Below are positions 1-8,990 of a stretch of DNA of 21,483 nt, piece after piece. Below the pieces are notes generated by a model. It was not told where the DNA came from, did not search any database, and saw nothing but the letters and a program-made list of their open reading frames with translations. Source of the DNA: an uncultured virus (IMG/VR IMGVR_UViG_3300035689_000001) (taxonomy: Duplodnaviria; Heunggongvirae; Uroviricota; Caudoviricetes); IMG/VR virus record IMGVR_UViG_3300035689_000001. One strand, given 5' to 3'. How positions within the stretch are numbered: the stretch's first letter is position 1; each line of letters opens with the position of its first letter. A program made the translations under genes and the position numbers.

Positions 1-290
1 AACGGCATCCTCAGTAGCTTAGGTGATCAATATATCCGCACCTGGTTGAGGGAGCGGTGCAACATCCTGGCGTCCATGCAGATGCCAGTCAACATGTGGC
101 TCCAGGAATGCGACCTGACAGTGGTGACGAGTATCCTGCTGCTGCAACGCAAGTTCCCGGATTTCTCCCCGCAGGACTACAGCGTCCTCATGGGGGTGGC
201 GGAGTCCTGTGGGTTCGATCGTCGTGGCAAACCTTTGTACCGCAGGACCCCTGAAGGTGACCCAACGGATGAGCGCGACGACGATATTGG
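1..290 (+). other. C-terminal part of an HsdM-like (N6_Mtase) DNA adenine methyltransferase domain within the giant ORF
   Basis: NGILSS..DQYIRTWLRERCNILASMQMPVNMW..TSILLLQRK..DYSVLMGVAESCGFDRRGKPLYRRTPEG matches the pattern after motif IV in type I M subunits (GIL..IR.W..LASI.LP..F..TS.L.L.K..FMA.AE..G.DRRG). Confidence 0.75.
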
Positions 291-3200
291 GGATCTATTG
301 AACCCCCTGATCGAAACCCTTCAGGGCAATCGCGGCAAGCTATTGCCTCCCGCTCCAGAAGAGATTGATCCGGTCGAACTCCAGGTGGGCGATCTCATCA
401 AACTTCAGATTCCTGCTTCTGAGAAGACAGCGGAGTACAACGGGCAGGAAGCATGGGTGATTCGGTTCCGCCGATTCATTGATGACCAGTCCGTGGATGT
501 CTTGATCGATAACGGCAGCCAGGAGCGCATAACTGTGTCGTGCGACCGATCCTGGTTGCGATTCGTCGAAGCATCCCCCGTCCATCTTGGCGATATCGTC
601 AAGGTGGATCAGGGGTGGCCGCGCAACCATATTTCGATGGTTCAGGATATTGACCCGAAGAAGCAGGCCGTGCTGCTGGAAAGCCATCGGGGGGGATGGA
701 TTCCGTTTGATCGGGTGAAAATCTTGCCCCCGACTCCTACGGAACCATTAGATAAGCGATCGCCCCTGAAGCAGATGGGCGTGAAGTTGAAGTTCAGTCC
801 CGTCAAGGATATAGCTGGACAATACCGAATCCTGATGGTTGACGAGCGATTCCTTGAGGATCGGAAGCAGCCTGGGGAACTCGCCGTTATCCAAAAGTTC
901 GCTCGCGAGGGAGCCAGAGGAACCGACAAGGGTTGGGAATTAGTCCAGGCTCAAGTAACCGAGGGGCCGATTGCTGCCCCGTCTCAGGATGCCGTTGGGT
1001 TGGAGTTGCTGTACCGCTGGTCAGAGTATCGCAACAAGATGATCCAGCAGTCTGTGGAATTCGGGCGGCAGCAGGCGAAAGAAATTCGGCGGGGGGAAGC
1101 TACCAACGGCATTGACTGGCCGATTCGGGCATGGCTCCAAAGCAGTTGCGAGGATGTCACGAGAGATCTGATCGTTAACCAGCTCCTCGTGATGGCGCTA
1201 CATCAGCCAGCCGTAACCCTTGAGGATCGGGGAGAGCAGTTCCAGGAGATCGTTAACTTCTACAACGAGACAACCTTTCGGCAGCAGAACCCCATAGGGC
1301 TGCGCTTCCCCAGTCCCAACACATTGGATCTCCATCAGAGCCACAGAACCGCCACCCTAGCGTTTAATCCAGCGGATCGATCCTGGACAGTACAGCAGGG
1401 CAAGGATGCATATCTCAATCCCTCCCTTTCGCAGTTAGGGATGACGTTATTGAACTGGCCCCAGGCGGCAGGCAATGATCCATCGGATCAGCGATCGCCA
1501 GAGGAACGACGGATGGCGGGCGATCGCCTGCCCAATTCATTCCAGGTGGGCGACATCGTGAAGATTGTGTACCTCGGAGGAGCCAATCCGAAGTGGCAGG
1601 ATGCTGAAGCTGAAGTGATGGAGGTTGGCCGCCACACCCGCATCCGGATCTTCAGCGATCCACATCAGCATCATTATTTCTGGAATCACGAATGGTTGGA
1701 ACTGGTGCATCGCCCTGAGGGGTCAGTCGAAAAGCCTGCGGTTGGACAGTTCCCAGAAACGGAATACCCGGAGCAATACCTGTTGGCCCTGGAGCAAACC
1801 GTTCGGCTGATGCTGGATCCAAGCCTGGTGCCATCCACCGCGAAACCAGACCAGTGGGAACAGGAGCAAGAGGAACTCCTGGAAGAAGCCCAGTTGTTTG
1901 CGCTCAGGCACCGCATCCTAATCGACGGTAGCGGCGATCGCTGGGAACTGGATCCACAGGATCGTAATTTCTGCAAGTTACTACCGCTGTGGGAGGGCGA
2001 TCGCGTCTTCATCACGGCGGATATGCCAGACCACGGGAAAACCGCTGTTGTGGATACGGTGCGCTGGGATGGTGTCGTGGTCCTGTTGGAAACCCCTGAA
2101 GAGGAAAAGGGCCTGCGTCATAAACGCAGGCCCAGTGTTCTGCATGGTGCGATCACCCGGTGTTTCGAATTCAAAGACGTTCAACCTATACCCCCGGAAA
2201 CCCCTATGGAACTCCCGATCGAAACTCAGGACGGCATCAAGGCAAGCGATCGCCCCTACCCTCAGGCATTCCAGAAGCGCCAGGGTATCGAGAAACGTCG
2301 TTCAATCTTGACCCGGTTACTGGACTCGCCAGTCAAGAGCCGCTATTCCAACGACTTTGGGGAAGTGCTTAAAAATGCAGACCTCTACACCGTCGAGCAG
2401 TCGATCCGGGAGCTTCAGGAAGGGGAGTCCGGCAAGAACAAAATCAAGATTCTGGAGCGCCGGAAGAAGGATCTCGAAGCTCAGCAGGAAACGATTGAGC
2501 TACAGGATGGCCCATGGAAAGGCATCCTGCGGCAAGACCATGAGCAGGGGATTCATCTGACTTTCGTGAGTCCCCGTGGGTCAATGTGGATGCACCACAT
2601 TCTGGACTCTGAGGACTGCTGGGAGGTCGCTGATTACTTCCATGCCCGAATGGCGAAAGAGTTCAGCGGCGAGGATTTGTTTGTCGGGAGCAAGGACTCG
2701 GACATCAAAGTGATGCTCCATGACCATGCCCCCGTATTGCCCAAGAGATTAGAGGTTGAACCGGGCGATCGCGTTCGCCTGCATAAAGACTTCCTGCCAG
2801 AAGATCTGACCTGGCATAACGGGATTGGGCTACGCGGGGAAGTAGGGGAGTACATCGTGTTTACATCCCCGCTGGCCGATGGTGCCTATCTGAATAAGCG
2901 CGGCGTCATCGTTGAGGTGGAGGACAGCGACAATTTCGTCGCCACTTTCGAAGGGCAGGTTCCAGGGTATCCGGGCGATACCTTCACGATTCCGATCCAT
3001 CGATCCTCTATTGACCGCCGCCTGCGGTACAAAGAGCTGACCCCCGACACTGTATTTGACGTGATTTTGATCCATCCCTTGGGGATTGAGCTTTCCTATG
3101 AGGGCGCTGAATTCCGGGTTTTGTCCAATGCGATCGCCGAGGTCTTGCCGAAGGAGGAAGTCCCTGAGGAGGCTCCCATGCCCGTCGAGGAAGTCGAAAC

Positions 3201-6200
3201 CCGGGCGGATAACTCTTTTTCGATCTTTCCGAACGTTGAATCCCTGTGCTTTCTCCCGCTGAGGAAGGATGATAAATCTGGCTGGGAAGCGTCTACGGGG
3301 ATTGAGCTATCGATCGGCGATACCGTAATCTGCAACGATTACGTCCTGGATTTGAAGGAATTCAACGGTCAAGCCGGAATCCTGAAGGCATTCCTACAGG
3401 CAGAGGAAGGGTTTACCCCTTGGTTCGTCCTGGTGGACTTTGACGGGACAGAAGTCGTCTGTTCAGTTGGGATGTTGGAACCTGCGTCATACCAGGGATT
3501 AAGAAGGGGCGATCGCGCCGAGATCATCAAATGCAATTATCCCGACTATATTGGGGAACATGTCCGCGTCAACAGGATCGACTGGTGTTTCGGCACCATT
3601 TGGGTTTCTCGCGGAAACGGATTAAGTAGCTGTTTCCCCCGGGAAGCCCTACAACCAGTCCATCACCTGAAGCGAACCCCGGAAGATCCCCCACTGTGCG
3701 GCGATCGCCCCGATGCTCCCTATTACCTCACGAATCAACTGAGCAAACTGGCGTTCGAGACCTTAGCACACAACATCTGCCCAGAGTGCCAAGCCCTGAA
3801 TGCGACGCCAGACGAGGCCACTGCTTCGGAAGCTCCAGCACCACAGGAGAGCGATCGCCCCGACTACCTCGAACCTTACCAAAGGGAATTCCCCGTAGGG
3901 CAGGTTGTTTGGTTACTGGATAGTCTCAACCCTGCGTTTGTCTGGCGCAACGGGGTTGTCCAGGAGGTCAAGGGCGAAGGGATTAATCGCCGGGTTCTGG
4001 TGAACCTGGGGGAAGCCTTGGGGACCCACAAATGCAACCCAGCAGATCTGGTGCCGGAAGGCGAAATCATTGGGCGGTACACTTATCGATCTCCCAACGG
4101 CGAATCGACCGTCACGGCCCATTCGGCAGGAGAACAACATCTTTTCTTCGAGTTCCAGGGTGGTCTGATTGATCCAGAGCATTATCCCGCTGGTTATGCC
4201 ACGGTTTACGCCTGGGTGGAAGACCAGAAGGAGCCAATCAAAGATTTCATCAAAGCAACGGGTGGCAAGCTGGTGCAGGACTTCATCGACGCGATGGAGG
4301 CCGAGCACAAGCGCGTCCACAAGGCGATCATCGCCGCTATTGAGCTATACGAATCCCCTGCCCCAATGAAGATCGCTCAATCGCTCTACTACTTCGACGA
4401 AACCGGGGAATCAATCGCTCAGGAACTCCTGGGCGACTACCCCGAACACCCACTCATCCGATTCACCGATGAGTTCAAGGTGCTGGTCATCCGGGCGATC
4501 GTACACGCTGCCCTCATCGTAGCAGGGGTTGCCGACATTAAGGAAACCATCTTTTTAGTTGCTCCAGAACCGTCCAGCACTTTGGACGCTCCTGCTGAAC
4601 CGTGCAAGGTTAAACCGGGCGATCGGGTTCGGGTCTTGGCGGTCAAGGATCATCAACCAGAATCATTGATCGGCATGGTTGGGGTAGTCGAAAAAGTTTT
4701 GTCCAACCGATGGGATCGAATTTTGGTTCGATTCAATTTCCCTGACAAAGGAGCAGCGCCCATCAGGATGTTCCCGACAGCAGGATATCTGGAGCTGGTG
4801 CAGGAAGAGATCGCACCGGTGGCAGAAAAGGTAGCTGATCAGCCCACCGTCATGAAGGAAATTCAACAGGGCGATCGCGTCCGGGTCCTGGCGGTGCAGC
4901 AGCATCAATCTCAGGCATGGATCGGCAGAGTCGGAACCGTCGAAAAAATCACGAAAGGGAAGTCAGGCCGGATTCATGTCCGGTTGGATGCGGCCAACGG
5001 GGAACCGGAGCCATTCACGCTGCCGTTCCCGAAGGATGGCTGTCTGGAGCTGGTGCAGGAGGAGACGATCGCCCCGGTGGTGGAAGTAGGGTCTGAACCC
5101 ATGACTGTTGAGGTTGGGGTCGCAACCATCACGATGAACCCTGTGCCCGGAGTTCTGGTGAGCCTGACGGATCAGCAGGGACGTTGGGAGCACAACATCA
5201 GGAGGGTGCTGTTGGCCTGCCAGACATCTCATCATCCGCTCTATTGGCAAAACGAGAAGGTTCGGATCTCGCAAATCTCCCTACCGGGCCAAATCCTCAA
5301 GGTTTTGATCATCAACCATGATCACGATGGGCCGCTCGCCAACCAGGATGCAGTTCTGGCTGGAACCTGGAAGTGGGTAGAACCCAGTGAACTTCAGATT
5401 GATGCCACAACCTTGGGGGCTATTCAGTGGAATGAAGTCAAGCTGTACAGCCAGGTAGAGATTTGCCATGAGGCCCAGCAGGATTTCCCAGATTTATTTG
5501 GCCATACCTGGGAACTGATCCAGTCGGGTATTGGAGATGCTGAAGTCCCGACCGCCGTCATTGTGAAGCCAGGGCAGCAGGAGGGGGATGACTATGAGGT
5601 GCCCCTGTGGGCTATCCGGGGGATCAGTTATGTGCCAGCAGAAAATGTTGAGCCTCCGGTTGAACCGGAGCAGCCAAAACCAAAACTCTCCCCCAAAACC
5701 CTGAAGAAGATTCAGAAATTCCGGGAAGGCGCGGCTCAACTGGAGCGGGAGATCCAGCACAGACGGAATCCCAGCGCGGCCTCCGGGCGAATCACCCGGA
5801 AGCGTTGCGAGGAGGCGATTGACCAACTTCAACAAGCGCAGAAGCTCACTCGCCACTGGCAGGCATTGAACGCGATCGCCAACGCCCTGGAGTCGGGAAC
5901 GTGCCCACCGGAACTGGAGCACCTGAACGCGAAAGTCCACGTCACGGAGCTGGTGGATAATTTCAAGCGCGGGGCAGCGCTGCCAAATGCATTTGGGGAT
6001 GATCGCGATCGGTTCGATAAGGCCAGAGAACTATTGTTGGCTCTCCCGATGCCAGACCCCATCGTCACGGACGATGAAATCAAACTGAAGTCACTGGAGT
6101 GGCAACTATGCCTCAACCCAATCCCTGGCTTCTTCCCAACCACCAAACCGCTGGCCACCCGGATGATCGAACTGGCCGATATCCGACCCGGTCATCGGGT

Positions 6201-8658
6201 AAGTGAACCCCAGGCTGGGAATGGTGCGATCGCAGACTTGCTGGCTCAGATACCAGGGATCGACCTGTCGGTTTATGAGGCCCACCCCGGACTGGCCGAA
6301 CTATTGCGGCTCAAGGGCCACAGTTACCAGGGAGAAGACTTTCTCGCCTGTACCGAGAAGTTCAACCGGATCGTCGAGAATCCGCCGTTTGAGAACCTGC
6401 AAGACATAGAGCATGTGCGGCATTCCTATGAATGCCTCGATCCTGATGATGGTCGCCTCGTTGCGATCATGTCTACCAGACCGTTCTGGCTCGGTAAAGC
6501 CAAGGACGATGATCCAGCGGCACGGCCCCGGAAAGATGAACGCAAGTGTATTGAGTTCCGCCAATGGTTCAAGGAAGTTGGCGGAATCCACATCGAACTG
6601 CCGAAGGGTAGCTTTAACCAGAGTCAGCGCTCCACCGGTGTCGATACCTGCATGGTGGTGATTGGCATCGGCGCGGGTAGGCCGAATGATGTACCAGAGC
6701 CGGTGCCCTCCGAAGAAACACCAGAGGAAAGAATTGATGTGGCGGCAGTCTGGCGGGAAATCCAGGCAGATGAAGTCGAGCATCGCGAAACCAGACAGCA
6801 GATGAACCAAATGCTGGAATCGCTGGGGTATTTAAAGTCGGACGAACCGAAAGAGGAACCCCAGAGCGTAGCTGACATTATTCGAGACCTCCAAGTCCGC
6901 AGCGGAAGAATGATCCAGGGGCTGGATCAATTGGCCAACTTGGTGGATGGTTCGTCCGACCCCATTGATGGTGAAGCGATCGCCACCCCTGACCAGTCAG
7001 AAACGGTTCTGGAGGACAAGAAAACAACGGAATCAGTCACGATCCTGACACTGGAGGGCGACGTAGAGATCGGCACCGTATCGAGCACATCTGAGTTCAT
7101 GGAATTGCTGCAAAGTAACGGCCTCAATGTAGATGAGGTATGGGGCCAGCCAATGGATCGCTATCAGGAGTTGGAGCGATCGGCGTCTGCCCTGGCGAAG
7201 GTTCCAGGGACCCAGGTTGAATCATTCCGCACTGACGTGGTGGTACACGTCAACCATGCTCCCTACGACCAATACATTGGTCGCGCCAGCGGTCGCCACC
7301 AGCTCAGGCGGTCAAAATGGCACAACCTATTTAAGGTTGGGCGAGATGGCGATCTCCCGACAGTCCTCGGCAAGTTTGAGGAGCACCTGATCCACAACGA
7401 TGAGTTGATGGGGGCACTGGAGGAACTCCGGGGTAAGCGGTTGGCCTGCTGGTGCTGTGATGGCAATGAAGAGCTGACGGCAGATGATCCGCTGAAATGC
7501 CACGGCCAGATTCTCTTGAAGGCCCTCCGGGGCGACTATGCTGAACCAGCGAAACCATTCGATCCTGACGGACTCCTCAAAGAGGTTTTGCTGGGCCTGT
7601 TGCCGGGTGAAAAGTGGGATTTGATCCGTAGTCGCGGCGTGTCCGATCGCCACCTCAATGGCCTGATGAAGCGGTTGCTCGAAAACAACCGCGTCGGCGA
7701 AGGGTGGTTCGTCAGCATCCAGGGCCTATGGGTTGGGGATGACGCTGACTACCAGGATGTTTTCTTTGGTGACGCATTCATGAATGCGATCCGCAGGGTA
7801 ATGGAACTGCCGGATGCGGTTGGATCGGTGGAACAACCCCAGGTGGGCGATCGCGTCCAAGTGCTATTCTTCTACACCCCCAGCTACATTGGGGCGATCG
7901 GAACGGTAACGCGGTTAGAGGCCGCCTCTGTCTGGGTTGAGTTCGATGGTGATCTGAAGGCAGCATCGTTCGGTTCTGCTGATGTCCAGATTCTCGACAG
8001 GGCAGCGCCTGAGCACTCGAAACTCCCGGAGAAAGTTCTAGCTGCAACCAAGGCCGCGATCGCCGCCATCAAGAAGGCTAACGAGATGTTGGAGATTGGT
8101 CGAAACCTGGATCAACGACACGGTGGAGATGGGCGCTATGAGGCTGACACCTGGCGGCTTCATGGTTCGCGCGTAGAATCTGCCCTGGAAAAGCTGGATC
8201 AATACCGGAGCCATGCTCCAGAGCATGGCGTTGACTTCGATAAAGTCCTGGCAGAACTGGAGTATGTCGCGCCACTGGAAATTACGAGTGCCGCGCAGGA
8301 GTGGCTTAAGAGCGGTCACGGTTCCCCGGAATCGGAGCCACAGTCACGGCCAGTAGAAACGCCAGCAGAACATGAGGCTAACCCGCTGTTGGAGCATGGT
8401 TGCCATGCCGAGGGCTGTGACACCCCGGTAGACGCGACCCTGCTGATGTGTACGAAGCACTGGCGCATGGTTCCACTTGCGTTGCAGCAGAAGGTTTGGC
8501 GGCACTACCGGGCTGGCCAGGAGCAGGATAAACAACCATCCGCTGAATACCTGGAGGCAGCGAAGAACGCGATCGCCGCCGTAAAGCAGGCTGAAGAAGC
8601 AAAACGTGCCGCCAAGGTCAAACCCGAACCCGCTGAAGTTCAGATGGTTCTTTTCTAG
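1..8658 (+). CDS. Giant polyvalent protein (>2870 aa, 5'-partial): HsdM-like MTase tail, KOW/SH3-like repeats, N6-adenine MTase, DUF4326, C-terminal Cys/His domain
   Basis: Frame +1 is open from base 1 (NGILSSLGDQYIRTWLRERC...), so the true start lies upstream of the window. There is no stop until TAG at 8656-8658. Domains are listed separately below. Confidence 0.9.
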   Translation, partial: NGILSSLGDQYIRTWLRERCNILASMQMPVNMWLQECDLTVVTSILLLQRKFPDFSPQDYSVLMGVAESCGFDRRGKPLYRRTPEGDPTDERDDDIGDLLNPLIETLQGNRGKLLPPAPEEIDPVELQVGDLIKLQIPASEKTAEYNGQEAWVIRFRRFIDDQSVDVLIDNGSQERITVSCDRSWLRFVEASPVHLGDIVKVDQGWPRNHISMVQDIDPKKQAVLLESHRGGWIPFDRVKILPPTPTEPLDKRSPLKQMGVKLKFSPVKDIAGQYRILMVDERFLEDRKQPGELAVIQKFAREGARGTDKGWELVQAQVTEGPIAAPSQDAVGLELLYRWSEYRNKMIQQSVEFGRQQAKEIRRGEATNGIDWPIRAWLQSSCEDVTRDLIVNQLLVMALHQPAVTLEDRGEQFQEIVNFYNETTFRQQNPIGLRFPSPNTLDLHQSHRTATLAFNPADRSWTVQQGKDAYLNPSLSQLGMTLLNWPQAAGNDPSDQRSPEERRMAGDRLPNSFQVGDIVKIVYLGGANPKWQDAEAEVMEVGRHTRIRIFSDPHQHHYFWNHEWLELVHRPEGSVEKPAVGQFPETEYPEQYLLALEQTVRLMLDPSLVPSTAKPDQWEQEQEELLEEAQLFALRHRILIDGSGDRWELDPQDRNFCKLLPLWEGDRVFITADMPDHGKTAVVDTVRWDGVVVLLETPEEEKGLRHKRRPSVLHGAITRCFEFKDVQPIPPETPMELPIETQDGIKASDRPYPQAFQKRQGIEKRRSILTRLLDSPVKSRYSNDFGEVLKNADLYTVEQSIRELQEGESGKNKIKILERRKKDLEAQQETIELQDGPWKGILRQDHEQGIHLTFVSPRGSMWMHHILDSEDCWEVADYFHARMAKEFSGEDLFVGSKDSDIKVMLHDHAPVLPKRLEVEPGDRVRLHKDFLPEDLTWHNGIGLRGEVGEYIVFTSPLADGAYLNKRGVIVEVEDSDNFVATFEGQVPGYPGDTFTIPIHRSSIDRRLRYKELTPDTVFDVILIHPLGIELSYEGAEFRVLSNAIAEVLPKEEVPEEAPMPVEEVETRADNSFSIFPNVESLCFLPLRKDDKSGWEASTGIELSIGDTVICNDYVLDLKEFNGQAGILKAFLQAEEGFTPWFVLVDFDGTEVVCSVGMLEPASYQGLRRGDRAEIIKCNYPDYIGEHVRVNRIDWCFGTIWVSRGNGLSSCFPREALQPVHHLKRTPEDPPLCGDRPDAPYYLTNQLSKLAFETLAHNICPECQALNATPDEATASEAPAPQESDRPDYLEPYQREFPVGQVVWLLDSLNPAFVWRNGVVQEVKGEGINRRVLVNLGEALGTHKCNPADLVPEGEIIGRYTYRSPNGESTVTAHSAGEQHLFFEFQGGLIDPEHYPAGYATVYAWVEDQKEPIKDFIKATGGKLVQDFIDAMEAEHKRVHKAIIAAIELYESPAPMKIAQSLYYFDETGESIAQELLGDYPEHPLIRFTDEFKVLVIRAIVHAALIVAGVADIKETIFLVAPEPSSTLDAPAEPCKVKPGDRVRVLAVKDHQPESLIGMVGVVEKVLSNRWDRILVRFNFPDKGAAPIRMFPTAGYLELVQEEIAPVAEKVADQPTVMKEIQQGDRVRVLAVQQHQSQAWIGRVGTVEKITKGKSGRIHVRLDAANGEPEPFTLPFPKDGCLELVQEETIAPVVEVGSEPMTVEVGVATITMNPVPGVLVSLTDQQGRWEHNIRRVLLACQTSHHPLYWQNEKVRISQISLPGQILKVLIINHDHDGPLANQDAVLAGTWKWVEPSELQIDATTLGAIQWNEVKLYSQVEICHEAQQDFPDLFGHTWELIQSGIGDAEVPTAVIVKPGQQEGDDYEVPLWAIRGISYVPAENVEPPVEPEQPKPKLSPKTLKKIQKFREGAAQLEREIQHRRNPSAASGRITRKRCEEAIDQLQQAQKLTRHWQALNAIANALESGTCPPELEHLNAKVHVTELVDNFKRGAALPNAFGDDRDRFDKARELLLALPMPDPIVTDDEIKLKSLEWQLCLNPIPGFFPTTKPLATRMIELADIRPGHRVSEPQAGNGAIADLLAQIPGIDLSVYEAHPGLAELLRLKGHSYQGEDFLACTEKFNRIVENPPFENLQDIEHVRHSYECLDPDDGRLVAIMSTRPFWLGKAKDDDPAARPRKDERKCIEFRQWFKEVGGIHIELPKGSFNQSQRSTGVDTCMVVIGIGAGRPNDVPEPVPSEETPEERIDVAAVWREIQADEVEHRETRQQMNQMLESLGYLKSDEPKEEPQSVADIIRDLQVRSGRMIQGLDQLANLVDGSSDPIDGEAIATPDQSETVLEDKKTTESVTILTLEGDVEIGTVSSTSEFMELLQSNGLNVDEVWGQPMDRYQELERSASALAKVPGTQVESFRTDVVVHVNHAPYDQYIGRASGRHQLRRSKWHNLFKVGRDGDLPTVLGKFEEHLIHNDELMGALEELRGKRLACWCCDGNEELTADDPLKCHGQILLKALRGDYAEPAKPFDPDGLLKEVLLGLLPGEKWDLIRSRGVSDRHLNGLMKRLLENNRVGEGWFVSIQGLWVGDDADYQDVFFGDAFMNAIRRVMELPDAVGSVEQPQVGDRVQVLFFYTPSYIGAIGTVTRLEAASVWVEFDGDLKAASFGSADVQILDRAAPEHSKLPEKVLAATKAAIAAIKKANEMLEIGRNLDQRHGGDGRYEADTWRLHGSRVESALEKLDQYRSHAPEHGVDFDKVLAELEYVAPLEITSAAQEWLKSGHGSPESEPQSRPVETPAEHEANPLLEHGCHAEGCDTPVDATLLMCTKHWRMVPLALQQKVWRHYRAGQEQDKQPSAEYLEAAKNAIAAVKQAEEAKRAAKVKPEPAEVQMVLF
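4618..5080 (+). repeat. Tandem internal duplication of a KOW/SH3-like module in the giant ORF (~4618-4822 and ~4870-5080)
   Basis: GDRVRVLAVKDHQPESLIGMVGVVEKV...YLELVQEEIAPV versus GDRVRVLAVQQHQSQAWIGRVGTVEKI...CLELVQEETIAPV. DNA similarity is still visible (tctggagctggtgcagga in both copies). Confidence 0.85.
6121..6665 (+). other. Complete class I SAM-dependent amino (probably N6-adenine) DNA methyltransferase domain within the giant ORF
   Basis: Motif X GFFPT (6127), motif I EPQAGNGAI (6205), motif IV NPPF (6379-6390), then GRLVAIMS and ELPKGSF..STGVDTCMVVI. Confidence 0.85.
7237..7530 (+). other. DUF4326-like domain within the giant ORF
   Basis: VVHVNHAPYDQYIGR..SKWHNLFKVGRDG..LEELRGKRLACWC..CHGQIL reproduces the YIGR / S.W.NPF / L.GK.L.CWC / CHG signature. 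Confidence 0.85.
8395..8590 (+). other. C-terminal Cys/His (putative Zn-binding) domain of the giant ORF
   Basis: HGCHAEGCDTPVDATLLMCTKHWRMVP..VWRHYRAGQ: a CxxxGC..C..HW pattern I recall from small phage proteins. Confidence 0.6.
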
Positions 8659-8668
8659 GGGCAGGCGT

Positions 8669-8980
8669 ATGTGGGCATCGAAGGTTGGGGATCGGGTGTA
8701 CGGCGATTTTAGGCAGACATTGTGGCAAGTCACGCGCTTCTGTCGCGTGTCTGACCTGCGGATGGGCGAGTTTTTCAGCCATGTTAACGATCGCGATCAG
8801 GTTCTGGCGGGTCGCTTTCAGTGGATGGGGAACGGCACTGTCAATACAGTGTTTGGTCCTCGCAAGTGGGACGAACAAGATTGCCAGATCACACGAGTCG
8901 CAGCACTTGAACAGATCGTGGCGGTCGATGAGGTGCCGCTGCCCGACGGCAGCACCGTACTACAAGGACGAATTTTTTAG
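8669..8980 (+). CDS. Hypothetical protein, 103 aa, with an N-terminal KOW-like motif (KVGDRV)
   Basis: ATG at 8669 is 10 nt after the giant ORF stop. The ORF fills the gap before the next gene. Confidence 0.6.
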   Translation: MWASKVGDRVYGDFRQTLWQVTRFCRVSDLRMGEFFSHVNDRDQVLAGRFQWMGNGTVNTVFGPRKWDEQDCQITRVAALEQIVAVDEVPLPDGSTVLQGRIF

Positions 8981-8990
8981 AGAGGTGATC

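Noticed and set aside
46..48. TTG at 46 as the start of the giant protein
   Set aside because: The frame is open from base 1 and MTase similarity extends upstream of 46.
57..8733. Numerous 60-170 aa ORFs nested in or antisense to the giant gene (likewise + strand ORFs opposite the 10629-21483 genes)
   Set aside because: These are shadow ORFs with no recognisable motifs, overlapping well-supported genes.
8685..8990. N-terminal 102 aa of the 418-aa ORF call
   Set aside because: It overlaps the 8669-8980 ORF and does not look protein-like. A good RBS precedes ATG 8991.
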